Source: Mobula hypostoma
Lineage: Eukaryota
Length of the DNA stretch: 64,000 nt
Reading direction: 5' to 3'
Assembly (NCBI RefSeq): GCF_963921235.1
Contig: NC_086097.1
Location: 86,430,001-86,494,000 of the forward strand
The first letter of the stretch is position 1; each line of letters starts with the position of its first letter. The position numbers were made by a program, and so were the translations under genes. Shown piece by piece: positions 49,779-61,700 of this stretch. Below the pieces are notes generated by a model. It had not been told where the DNA came from and did not search any database. It saw nothing but the letters and a program-made list of their open reading frames with translations.

Positions 49779-50019
49779 CAGAGGGAAGGCTGATCCGGTT
49801 GCCATCCTTGAGTTTGAGCCTGCTCTTTTTGAAGTTGCCCTTCCGTTTCTTCACCTTGGGTTTCTCCTGGTGCAGCTGGTGGAAGATGATATTGAGCTCC
49901 CGCTCCAGAATGTCAATCTCCCGCTCGGCCAGCTCCTGCTCCCGGCGCCGCAGCAGCTCCTCTTGATTCTTCTGCTGCAAGGCTGCCCGAGACAGCTCCT
50001 CCTCCCAGCTGCGCAGTTC
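49779..50019 (-). CDS. MAP3K9: MAP3K9 exon, leucine zipper 2, basic region and start of CRIB ([43 protein letters not shown]...[10 protein letters not shown]), 241 bp
   Basis: Acceptor caccag, donor TCTG|gtggg. Phase 0 in, phase 1 out. Confidence 0.95.
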
Positions 50020-50631
50020 CTGGTGAACGCAGATTCTTAGATAGTGACCAAAAGCGTGCAGGTCTGCAAGTCGATTATATTCCCCACAGCATGTGGGTGA
50101 GAAATGAATCCAGTGGGGAGGGGGAGAGGAATTAATGCAAATGTGGGGAGAATAAAATGGGAATCATGTACACGAGTGCCTTTTGATGGGCATAGAACTC
50201 GGAGGGTAAGGGGCCTGTTTCTGTGCTTTGAGTCTCCATGACCCAGATAGGGGAGCCATGTCTCACATATTTAAGTTTACTTACAATGCAGTGCCACATA
50301 AGGAAGTAAATGGGGTGCACACACAAGTTACTAAAGTATGGACATGGGTTTAGGTAAGAAGATGGTAGACAAAATCTAATGCCTGGAAGCATAACATCAT
50401 CTGCTTCGGTAGGAAGTGTGGAAAACAATTTATTTTATGAAACGTTGGCAAGTATTGACATTCAAATAGCTTTTTGAGGTGGACCCATCACAAAGAAATA
50501 GGCAAGTTAGACCAAGAAATTTGGAGAGCAAATAGGTGAGTTGTACGGGAAATAGACTAGAAAGGAGATTCAGCCATAATCATCCTGAGGATTACAGCAG
50601 GTTCAAGGATCACATTAAGAAACAAAAGACT

Positions 50632-50788
50632 GCAGCAACACACACAGCACTGGAGAAACTCAGCAGGTCAGGCAGCAACTATGGAGAGAAAGTTCGATGA
50701 AGGGTCTCAACCGAAATGTCGACTGTCTATTTCACACAATAGATGCTGCCTGACCTGTTGAGTTCCTCCAGCACATTTTGTGTTGCTC
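50632..50788. mobile_element. Palindromic Penelope-terminus-derived mini-element
   Basis: Arms ctggagaaactcagcaggtcaggcagca / tgctgcctgacctgttgagttcctccag around a degenerate hammerhead core. Confidence 0.75.
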
Positions 50789-50822
50789 AAGGGTCACGTG
50801 TCCAGCACCTGCTCCTATTTCA

Positions 50823-51089
<267 letters not shown>

Positions 51090-51139
51090 TCAATTCTATT
51101 ATTATTTCATATTCCATTATTTTCTATTGCCTTGCAACA

Positions 51140-51690
51140 TAAAACTAGGCCATTTCAGTTCATCAGGTCTCTGTCAGTTCACCAAGCAGCACCATTCCCC
51201 CAGTAATTGTCCAGGTAATCTTGCTCCCTGCATTCCCATCAACTCGTTCAGTGTCTATCATATTTGGAGAACTTTCTAGCAGCCAACTTACCTACCAACA
51301 AGCACATCTTTCAGATGTAGGGGGACACCAGTGCACCTGGCAAAAATCCACAGTGCCAGTGCCAGAGTTCAGGATTGCACTGGGATCACTGGAAATGTGA
51401 GACGCCAGAGTTCAGGATTGCACTGGGATCACTGGAAATGTGAGACGCCAGAGTTCAGGATTGCACTGGGATCACTGGAAATGTGAGATGCCAGAGTTCA
51501 GGATTGCACTGGGATCACTGGAAATGTGAGACGCCAGAGTTCAGGATTGCACTGGGATCACTGGAAATGTGAGACGCCAGAGTTCAGGATTGCACTGGGA
51601 TCACTGGAAATGTGAGACGCCAGAGTTCAGGATTGCACTGGGATCACTGGAAATGTGAGACAACAGCTCCAACTAGCTGTCACTATGCTG
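51140..51690 (-). mobile_element. V-SINE-like SINE containing an internal minisatellite
   Basis: Tail ggccatttcag, body gcacatctttcagatgtaggggga, tRNA head at the right end. Confidence 0.6.
51361..51661. repeat. Minisatellite, 7 x 43 bp (gccagagttcaggattgcactgggatcactggaaatgtgagac)
   Basis: Units start at 51361, 51404, 51447, 51490, 51533, 51576 and 51619; a single substitution was seen (end of unit 3). Confidence 0.97.
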
Positions 51691-52347
51691 AGAGCTTTTC
51701 TTACTTCTAATATGGACTGTAATAATAAACCCCCCTTTCAGTCATTTTCCACATCTTAAAAATATCGCAATCTCCAATCTTTTCCATATTTTCCACAATG
51801 AGAATAGAACAGTTACTGATCAGTCTAACAGAGATAGGCATTTAACATGTTTTCTACAATGATATCCCTTCTGTGCATAGGCCAATACCCTAATGGCAAC
51901 ACTTAGCAGATTCAAATTAGCAGGATCCTGCTCAAAGCAACTCAGCCTGTGAGGCAGCACACTTGACAAGGAGAACACATTTCAGAAATATTTTTACTTT
52001 TGTTCCCCTTATTTCTAATTGGCTATTGAAGGAAGGTAATATATACAGAAGGGGCACAAATTATACTTCAAAAATATGCCTTTATTTCATCATTAGATTA
52101 TTTTCTAATCCAGTTTTACACCTTTATGAGGAATTGTATAATTTATTTCTCTGATATCATTTGTTTAAGATATTTATCCTTAGAGGACTTAATTGGAAAA
52201 CAGGGATGGATGACTCTATATCCATGCCACACCCACCCCACCCGCCCTGGCACTCCTTCTCTGCCACCTGCCTCACACCCCTCCTGCGACGCCCCATCCT
52301 TAACATTCCCAACACTCTTTGCTCCCACCAGATTTACAAACTCACAT

Positions 52348-52435
52348 GCACAACACGCTGGATGAACTCAGCAGGTCGGACGGCATCCATGGAAACGAAC
52401 AGTCAATGTTTCAGGCCAAGACCCTTCATCAGGAG
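52348..52435 (-). mobile_element. Solo Penelope terminal fragment with a partly degenerate hammerhead motif
   Basis: Reverse strand ctc-CTGATGA-agggtcttggcct-GAAA-catt-gact. Confidence 0.65.
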
Positions 52436-53249
52436 GGCAGGATTAATCAATTTCAGATCCATCATCAATGTTAAACACAAAACAGGGCATTGCTTCTTCT
52501 GTGAAGCATAACAATTCAGAGACCCTACTTAGGTTGACTTTTTCCTTATGGAAAATTCTGCTTATGATCTGAGCAAAGATGATTTTTGTTGGCCACACCC
52601 AATTCCTAATCCAGTTCAGAGTCAACCAAATTTTGGATGCTATGGGAGTTACAGCAAGGCCAGAATAGGAAAGCACCGCCTTATTTCCTCAGTGAAATGG
52701 ATAGTTTTGTCTTAAGCCAAAATCTAGTCCTTTCACGGTCACTGCTATTGAGTCCCAATTTATTTCAAATAATTGAATACAAATTCCCTCATTGGTTTGT
52801 TGGAAATTAAAAGCATGCTCCTGGATTATTAATCCTAGATCCTAATTCAGATTTTCATGAAAAGGACCTGTAATGAATTATATTAATGAGGATTCAATGG
52901 GACCATGGGTTAGACTGCAATCACTGTTAAATTCACTCATGGAAAATGTGCCTTGATTGAAGGTCTAAAGAAATGCTTCCACACTTGGAATCGTAACCTG
53001 GAAATGGTGCCTTCAGGCATCAGGCTGAGAAATGTGCAGAAGCAGCATGAAAATGCTGAAGTCCAAGTATGGTTATGAGCATCCCCCAAGCTTTAACTTT
53101 TGTATAGATTCTCTAGGAATTGCTGCAGTGCTAAATGAAAGTCTGCACATTACGTTGCATTCCTTCAGTTTGATCAGATGCAGTCTGCAACCCTTTCACT
53201 AGATTTGAGTTGTGCCTGCAACTAAAACAGTTACTGGGATAAATAAAAG

Positions 53250-53420
53250 ACACAGTGGCACAGCGGCAAAGACCTGGCTTCGATCCCACCACCCTTGTAG
53301 TGTAGTTTGTGACTATGCAGATATTCTCTGGGCACTCTGGTCTCCTTCCACACGTTGAAGATATGTGGGTTAATTAGCTACTGTTAATTTCCCCAAGCAT
53401 GCAGGTGAATAGTAGAATCA
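53250..53420 (+). mobile_element. V-SINE-like SINE fragment
   Basis: gtggcacagcgg...ggcttcgatccc...ctctggtctccttccacac...ggttaattagc. Confidence 0.55.
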
Positions 53421-55010
53421 GAGGGGTGGAGCAAAGTCAAGATGGTGCTAAACAGCGACTACTTTGCTTGCATCTTCAAAAACAGCTCTATTTCTATCTT
53501 TCATAGCTCTCTTTTTCCTTTTCAAGGTTCTGACCCGAAGTTACACTTTGAATTTGGTTCTTTGCAGGAATGGGACCTGCTCTCAGGGCCTCACAACCGG
53601 CCGCTTTTTGATGTCCCAAGAATACGGCCTGGAAGACTAGCACCCCTTCAGGGTGCCAGACTTTGGTGGCTCTGGAGACGTGCGGATTCTAGGCCGGTGC
53701 CCCTGACTGAGGTGTCTTTTCTTTTTTTCTTTTTAAATCTTTTTATTGAATAAGTATACAAAAAGGTAAACCATATAAACATTAATACAATGTTAAAATA
53801 TAATAAAATTCCAGAAGGTATCAATACCAAAAAAAATACTACAAACAATGTAATTTAAACATAAAAAACCAAGATAACATAATAGTATACTAAATTTTAT
53901 ATATATATCAATGGAAAAAAAAAGAAAAAAAAACCCCAAAAAAAAACCCACCGTGCAACTAACTAAAAGCAAAGCAAAGCAATGGGCTAACTTGAAACCA
54001 AACAGAGTTAAACTTAAAATCACGTCCTCAATCCCGACCTCCATTAAAAACAGTGAAAAAAAACAAGAAGGGTATGTATTACATTAAATGAAAGTATCGA
54101 ATAAAAGGTCCCCAAATCTGTTCAAATTTAAATGAAGAATCATAAAGGTTGCTTCTAATTTTCTCCAGATTCAAACATAAAATCGTCTGAGAGAACCAAA
54201 AAAAGGTAGTTGGAGCATTAAGCTCTTTCCAATGTTGTAAAATACATCTTTTCGCCATTAAAGTAAGAAATGCGATCATTCTACGGGCTGAAGGGGAAAG
54301 ATTACTAGAAATTTTAGGAAGTCCAAAGATAGCAGTAATAGGGTGAGGAGAGATATCTATATGTCCAAAGATAAGTTAGCGCGTTTTTACTCGCATATTA
54401 ATCCTTTTTGTGATAGATGTTCGGGGCAGATAGCCTCTTTAACTCATATGTTTTGGTCTTGTCCTACTTTGGAAACTTTTTGGAGAGATATTTTTAATAT
54501 TATTTCTGACTGAGGTGTCACGGGAGAACACAGAACATTGGGAGCAGCGAGTTAGCTGCCGTGGCCTGTGTGTCTGGAGAGCTGTGCCTTTATGGGGCTG
54601 ATTCTCTGGGCGCAGTGCTCAGAAAGAGCGACATAACAGACTTTAACATCGTAAGTCAGTGAGTTGTTTGTTATGCCTCCCTCTTGCTGTGAAACAGGGT
54701 CACCTCTTTTTCCTTTATTAGGGGGAAGACAGAGAGCCTGTGGTATGTCAAATTACCAGGTGAATGGGTGGTCATTGGGGTAGTGCAAGTCTGTTTCTTT
54801 ATTGATGCTTGCTGCACGCTTAAGTGCTTGGTGGAGGGTGCTGATGCGTTTTTGCTGGTAGGGGTGAGTCGTTGCCTTGCTATTGTTTGAGCATGGTGGG
54901 GGCTGGGGGGGTTAGGGTTCTAACATTTAACTGTCATTCATTCTTTGGGGCACTCCCCTGTTTTTGTGGATGTTTGTGAAGAAAAGGAATTTCATGATGT
55001 ACAATGTGTA
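53421..55010 (+). mobile_element. Unclassified non-coding interspersed repeat, host of the inverted L1 fragment
   Basis: Starts caagatggtg (LINE 5'-like); contiguous across the TSD at 53703/54506. Confidence 0.4.
53717..54505 (-). mobile_element. L1 3' fragment with 5' inversion and 14-bp TSD
   Basis: Poly(A)-like tail (T-rich at 53717). Minus-strand ORF2 end (ORF 54079..54279) and plus-strand CDRC..THMFWSC knuckle. TSD ctgactgaggtgtc at 53703-53716 and 54506-54519. Confidence 0.9.
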
Positions 55011-55329
55011 TGAATGCAGGTTTATCTCCTATCTGTCAATTAAATCAACTCCAATTCCTCCTAATGCTTTTATAATCATCGCATGTGTATCCACGCATTG
55101 GATACACATGTGATCCAGTGCACCACTTAACAATTATCTTTATTGTCAGATATACATGGAGAAATTGAAACAAACAGAGAAATGCATTGTTTTGCGGTGT
55201 TTATTGTTGATGTTTGAGATGAGCTGGGGGCAGCCAGAAAGTGTCACCACACTTCCAGCATCAACACATAGTATGCCCACAACTTACTGACAATAGCCTC
55301 ACTGCTAGAAACCACAGTGAGCAATGCAG

Positions 55330-55643
55330 TTCTGAATTGTATTACTGTTTATTTCTCTCCAACTATCAGTGACAAAAATCACTGCTTTTTTTGAACACAT
55401 GCACACACAGCTGACGCTATTTAAAAACTGCTTACTCTAAGCACAGTGTCATGGCTAATGGCCACACAAGTGCATGTGCCTGAGGCTAGTTAGAAACTGT
55501 TCATCAGCAGTCGCCTCCCCCAATTAAGTAGCATAGTCCTAAAATTTACGACGGAAGTCCTATTTTCTCAATTAATTTTGTTCCTTAAGAGTTTTCTCAA
55601 ATAAATAGTCTTTAAAGATTCAAATTAACTAGAATCCACTGTA
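55330..55643 (-). mobile_element. Tigger/pogo-like transposon end
   Basis: Terminus attaactagaatccactgta; inverted homology to 45160-45410. Confidence 0.5.
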
Positions 55644-56841
55644 TCCTTGAGTTGATTACTGAATAAAACATTAGAGATTTTATAGAATGTTAATCAGTTT
55701 CAAAAAGCATCTCAGGTAGTTTTTGAGAGCCATCTGACTTCTGTGTGCAACAGCAAGTGTTCAAACTGTTCATCATTCTCAATATAAAACTTGAAATAGT
55801 CGAGAATTGAGAGTGTGGCACTTGATTTTATTTACCGCTGTGATAACAGTATCTAATGATTTGTACAAACAATCACTTGGGTTTTTTGGGACAAGATGGT
55901 GTCTGTGAATTACAACGAATGGTAAGTATGTTAAGAGGAGTCTCTTGGGACATTAGATGGAGTAAGTCGCATTTTGGCTTTGCTCCATTCATTTTTCAAT
56001 CTTCTTACCACCTTTCTACTATCTAGATTAAAGTGTTTATAACACTTTTATATGCTTGAACTTTGATTCTTAATCGCTGGAAATGAGTACCAGAGGGAAA
56101 AAGGCATTAGCTGAAGGCAAGGAAGCTGGTAATGGAAATGGAAGGAAAGAAGCCCAAGCCTCAACTCACTTTGGAGGCTATGTCGAAGCTCCTGAATGAT
56201 AAATTCCTTACAAGATTTTCTAATTTGGAAGTATTATTAAAGGAGATCGAAAATAGACTGTGATCACTTAAGCAGGAGTGTGAAAAACAACAACGGCAAA
56301 CTCCTGAACTTGATGAAGCTGGTAGACAGAGAGACCGCAAGCTAGATTTGTTGGAAAAGAAATTAACTTCGACCACTATAATAGGACTCCGTGAAGACGT
56401 TGAGAGTGGTGACCTTACTAAATTTTTTTCTCAATTTTTAATGGACGTGTTCGGCTCTGGAGCTTTATTTTCTACTTCCCCTATACTTGATCACACCCGC
56501 CGGGCTTTAAGAGCAAAACCCTCTAAAGAACTGAAACCTCGACATGTCATACTCCGATTCCTCTATGTGCATAGCAAGGAGCATTTAATTCGAATTGCCC
56601 ATTGGAAAGGGGTTATTGAACATAAGACCTCATGTTTCGTTTGGTTGAAGATTACAGTCCTGAGGTAATGCGAGAAAGTTCACTTTTTAAACCGGTGATG
56701 TCCGAGCTCTATCAAAGAAAGTTCCAACCAGCTCTGCTATTTCCAAACAACAGGAATTCTGCAGATGCTGGAAATTCAAGCAACACATATCAAAGTTGCT
56801 GGTGAACACAGCAGGCCAGGCAGCATCTCTAGAAAGAGGTA

Positions 56842-56879
56842 CAGTCGACGTTTCAGGCCGAGACCCTTCGTCAGGACTA
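56842..56879 (-). ncRNA. Minimal type-I hammerhead ribozyme motif with palindromic ACGU loop 3
   Basis: TAGTC-CTGACGA-AGGGTCTCGGCCT-GAAA-CGTC-GACTG. Confidence 0.72.
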
Positions 56880-58719
56880 ACAGAAGGAAGAGTTGGTAAG
56901 AGATTTGAAAGGGGGAGGGGGAGATCCAAAATGATAGGAGAAGACAAGAGGGGGAGGGATGGAGCCAAGAGCTGGATAGGTGATAGGCAAAAGGGATACG
57001 AGAGGATCATGGGACAGGAGGTCCGGGAAGAAAGACAAGGGGGGGGGGGAACCCAGAAGATGGGAAGGGGAATATTCAGAGGGACAGAGGGAGAAAAAGG
57101 AGGGTGAGAGAAAGAATGTGTGTATAAAAATAAATAACAGATGGGGTACGAGGGGGAGGTGGGGCATTAGCGGAAGTTAGAGAAGTCGATGTTCATGCCA
57201 TCAGGTTGGAGGCTACCCAGACGAAATATAAGGTGTTGTTCCTCCAACCTGAGTGTGGCTTCATCTTTACAGTAGAGGAGTCCATAGATAGACATGTCAG
57301 AATGGGAATGGGATGTGGAATTAAAATGTGTGGCCACTGGGAGATCCTGCTTTCTCTGGCGGACAGAGCGTAGGTGTTCAGCAAAGCGATCTCCCAGTCT
57401 GCGTCGGGTCTCGCCAATATATAGAAGGCCACATCGGGAGATTTGCCTCCAACTTTCACCCTGCCCTCAAGTTTACCTGGTCCACTTCTAACACCTCCCT
57501 TCCCTTTCTAGATCTTTCTGTCTCTGGAGACAGCTTATCCACTGATGTCTACTATAAGCCTACTGACTCTCACAGCTATCTGGACTATTCCTCTTCTCAC
57601 CCTGTCTCTTGCAAAAACGCCATCCCCTTCTCGCAATTCCTCCATCTCCACCACATCTGCTCTCAGGATGAGGCTTTTCATTTTAGGACGAGGGAGATGT
57701 CCTCCTTTTTTAAAGAAAGGGGCTTCCCTTCCTCTACTATCAACTCTGCTTTCAAACGCATCTCCCCCATTTCACGTACATTTGCTCTCACTCCATCCTC
57801 CCGCCACCCCAATAGGAATAGGGTTCCCCTGGTCCTCACCTACCACCCCACCAGCCTCCGGGTCCAACATATTATTCTCAGTAACTTCCGCCACCTCCAA
57901 CAGGATCCCACCACTAAGCACATCTTTCCCTCCCCCCTCCTCTGCTTTCCGCAGGGATCGCTCCCTACGCGACTCCGTTGTCCACTCGTCCCCCCCATCC
58001 CTCCCCACTGATCTCCATCCTGGCACTTATCCTTGTAAGCGGTACAAGTGCTACACATGACCTTACACTTCCTCCCTTATCACCAAACAGTCCTTCCAGG
58101 TGAGGTGACACTTCACCTGTGAGTCGGCTGGGGTGATATACTGCGTCCGGTGCTCCCGATGTGGCCTTCTATATATTGGCGAGACCTGACGCAGACTGGG
58201 AGACCGCTTTCCTGAACACCTACGCTCTGTCCACCAGAGAAAGCAGGATCTCCCAGTGGCCACACATTTTAATTCCATGTCCCATTCCCATTCTGACATG
58301 TCTATCCACGGCCTCCTCTACTGTAAAGATGAAGCCACACTCAGGTTAGAGGAACAACACCTTATATTCCGTCTGGGTAGCCTCCAACCTGATGGCATGA
58401 ACATCGACTTCTCTAACTTCCGCTAATGCCCCACCTCCCCCTCGTACCCCATCTGTTATTTATTTTTATACACACATTCTTTCTCTCACTCTCCTTTTTC
58501 TCCCTCTGTCCCTCTGAATATACCCCTTGCCCATCCTCTGGGTTCCAGCCCCCCTTGTCTTTCTTCCCGGACCTCCTGTCCCATGATCCTCTCGTATCCC
58601 TTTTGCCTATCACCTATCCAGCTCTTGGCTCCATCCCTCCCCCTCCTGTCTTCTCCTATCATTTTGGATCTCCCCCTCCCCCTCCCACTTTCAAATCTCT
58701 TACTAACTCTTCCTTCAGT

Positions 58720-58757
58720 TAGTCCTGACGAAGGGTCTCGGCCTGAAACGTCGACTG
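58720..58757 (+). ncRNA. Minimal type-I hammerhead ribozyme motif with palindromic ACGU loop 3
   Basis: TAGTC-CTGACGA-AGGGTCTCGGCCT-GAAA-CGTC-GACTG; predicted cleavage after GUC at 58752. Confidence 0.72.
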
Positions 58758-61700
58758 TACCTCTTCCTAGAGGTGCTGCCTGGCCTGCTGTGTTCACCAG
58801 CAACTTTGATGTGTGTTGCTGCTATTTCCAGCTCGCTTAAGGGTTGTTCTGCCTGATAAATCACGTAAATGGTTTAAATCCACGGAAGAAGCTCATCAAT
58901 TTCTTGAGGATCAATGTTCGATCTTAGCTGTCTAATAAATTTACTGTTTTTTCACGTCTGTATTCATTTGTTTTATAAGTTAATAACCAGTTGCTAGATT
59001 TGGACTTTTAAAGTTTGAAGAATTTTGCCCTTGGTTTGATAATGCTCGTACTTTGTATTGAAGTATGGATATTTATCATGCTTTTATGTTAAAGTTCCTT
59101 TTTTTCCTCCCTTTATTATTTTATTTTCAATTATTTGTTTTTGAAAATAATTAAGAATCTGATTTGTTGATTGATTTTTTTTCTTGAAATATTAATAAGA
59201 TTGTATTCTGTTTCACTTTCCAAGACCTTGCCTTTCAAAATGTTTTGCAAACGGCTGTTTTTTTTTAAACATTTGTTTGGTGTTTTTTATGGCATTCTCT
59301 TCTCAAAGTTTTGACTGCGGGTGGTGTTTTGAATTCTTTTCAATTTTGGAGACTTGTCTACAAGAGAAATGGGAGTAGGGAAGTGTCTAGATAGCTTTCT
59401 GACTGTCTATTGGCCACTTTTTAGGCTTTTGTGCATGAGGGTGGGGCTATTTTTAGTTTAGATTTCCATCTGGTCTGATCTGAGACTACAAATATGACTT
59501 AATATGACTTCCGGTTCCTCTTTAAACTTTTTTCCCTTTTCCTGATTCATGAGTTTCCTATGCAGTAAGGTTAACCCTTTATACACCATATTGTTTATTC
59601 AAGTACAATGGATAATATTATTAACTTTGTTTTATAGAATATGAATGGTTTGAATCATCTGATTAAATGGAAGAAGATTTTTAATGTTTTTCATAGATTG
59701 AATGCTCAGATTATCTTTGCCCAGGAAACTCATGTAAGGAGGATAATCAGCATTTTTTAAGGTTTTGGAAAGAATAACAGTTTCACTCCAATTCACAGGC
59801 TAAGGTGAAAGGAGTCTCTATGTTTATAGGTTCCTCGATTTCATTTGTTCACTATGAAACAATTTCAGACCCGAGTGGTAGATTTCTGTTAATTACTAGT
59901 TTACTTTATAGACTAAGAGTTGTTATGGTTAATATCTATGCACCAAATACTGATTATCCTGAATTCTTTAACCACTTATTTGCATCTCTTCCTAATTTAA
60001 ATGAATATACGTTGATAAGGCAGAGATTTTAACTGTTGCCTGAATACCTCGATGGGCACGTCTGCGCCCAGTCAGGTACTTCCAAGCAAATCCATTATTT
60101 TTATTAATTCCTTTTCAGTTGATTCCAGAATTTTAGAAGTTTGTAGGTTTTTATATCCTAATGATAAAGAGTTCCCATTATATATAATAATCAAGTATAT
60201 CATAATTACTCTAGAATTGATTACTTCTTTACTGACTCTCAATTAGTTTCGTCTGTTACTGCCTGTGAAAATGATACAATTGCCATCTCTGATCATGCGC
60301 CCCTGAAACTATCAATCAAATTAACTGATGTAACTTCCAGCGCTAGACAATGGCAGTTCAATTCTACTCTGCTTCAGGACTTAAATTTTGTTAACTTTAT
60401 TAAAGAACATATAGCCTTTTTCTTCTCAATTAATTTTATGGAAGAAATTTCCAGTGGGATATTATGGGACACTTTTAAAGCATATATCTGTGGGCAAATT
60501 ATTTCATATTCTGCTAGATTGAAAAAATGAATTAATAATGAAATACATACATTGGTTGACAAGATTAAAGAAATTGATAAAAAATATTCTGCTGCTTCTA
60601 ATTTGGAGCTTTACAAAAAGAGAGTTGAACTTCAGATGCAACATAGTTTGTTATTAACATCCCCAATTGAAAATCAATTACTTAGAACTAAGAGTCAATT
60701 TTCTGTACATGGACATAAATCGGGTAAATTACTGGCCAACCTTATTGAAAGCTACTTCGGCTATATGTCAAATTATTAAAGTTCATAAACGGGATGGTAC
60801 TTTGACGGTTGACCACGACGAAATTAATAAATCTTTTCAAGAATTCTATACCTCTTTATACCAATCAGAATTTCCTGATGATTCTACCATAATGCATGAA
60901 TTTTTAAGAAAATTGAATATTCTGAAATTACCACATCATGTTTAACATTAGATACACTCATTACGGAAGAAGAAATAAAAAAAGCAATTTCCTCAATGAA
61001 TTCTGGTAAAGCACCTGGCCTGGATGGGTATACAGTAGAATTTTTAAAATCTTTTCCAAGTCTACTTTCTCCTTGGTTATGTAGAATTTCTAAGGATGCT
61101 TTATTTGTAAGTAAATTACCACAATCTTTTTATGAAGCATCTATTTCTTCAATTCTTAAAAAAGATAAAAACCCCACTGAATGTGCATCATATAGACCTA
61201 TATCCTTGTTAAATGTGGACTCCAAATTTTTTTCCAAAATATTAGCAATTAGATTGGAAAATGTACTGCCACAAATAGTCTCTGACGACCACACAGGATT
61301 TATTAAAAATCGTTATTCATATTTTAATGTTAGGGGGTTGATGAATATTGCATATACTTCTTCATCTGAAACTCCAGAATGTGCTATTTCACTTGATGCT
61401 GAGAAGGCGTTTGATAGAGTTGAATGGGAATATTTATTTAACATCCTTGAGAAACTCAACTTTAGCCCAAAATTCATATCTTGGATCCAATTGATATATC
61501 ATATACCTTTGGCTTCTGTACTTACCAATAATCAGAGATTCCCCCTTTTTTAGGCTTTTTTGAGGTACTAGACAGGGCTGTCCTTTAAGCCCTTTACTAT
61601 TTGATATTGCCTTGGAGCCCTCGGCAATCGCTCTTCGTGCTTCACCCAATATATTTGGCATTATTCGTGGGAATGAGATGCATAAGGTATCATTATATGC

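Larger units (their letters stand above)
56746..58818 (+). mobile_element. Penelope-like element, 5'-truncated, with inverted terminal arm and 12-bp TSD
   Basis: RT C-terminus LPFLDL..TDVYYKPTD and GIY-YIG VIYCVRCSRCGLLYIGET. 56746-57440 is an inverted copy of 58153-58818. TSD ctgctatttcca at 56734-56745 and 58819-58830. Confidence 0.93.

Noticed and set aside
50690..50725. Functional hammerhead in the palindromic mini-element (also 29800-29850)
   Set aside because: The catalytic core is mutated (TTCGATGA instead of CTGATGA) or disrupted by the CR1 insertion.
51361..51661. CRISPR-like array
   Set aside because: The units are contiguous and identical with no unique spacers, there are no cas genes, and the context is a vertebrate SINE.
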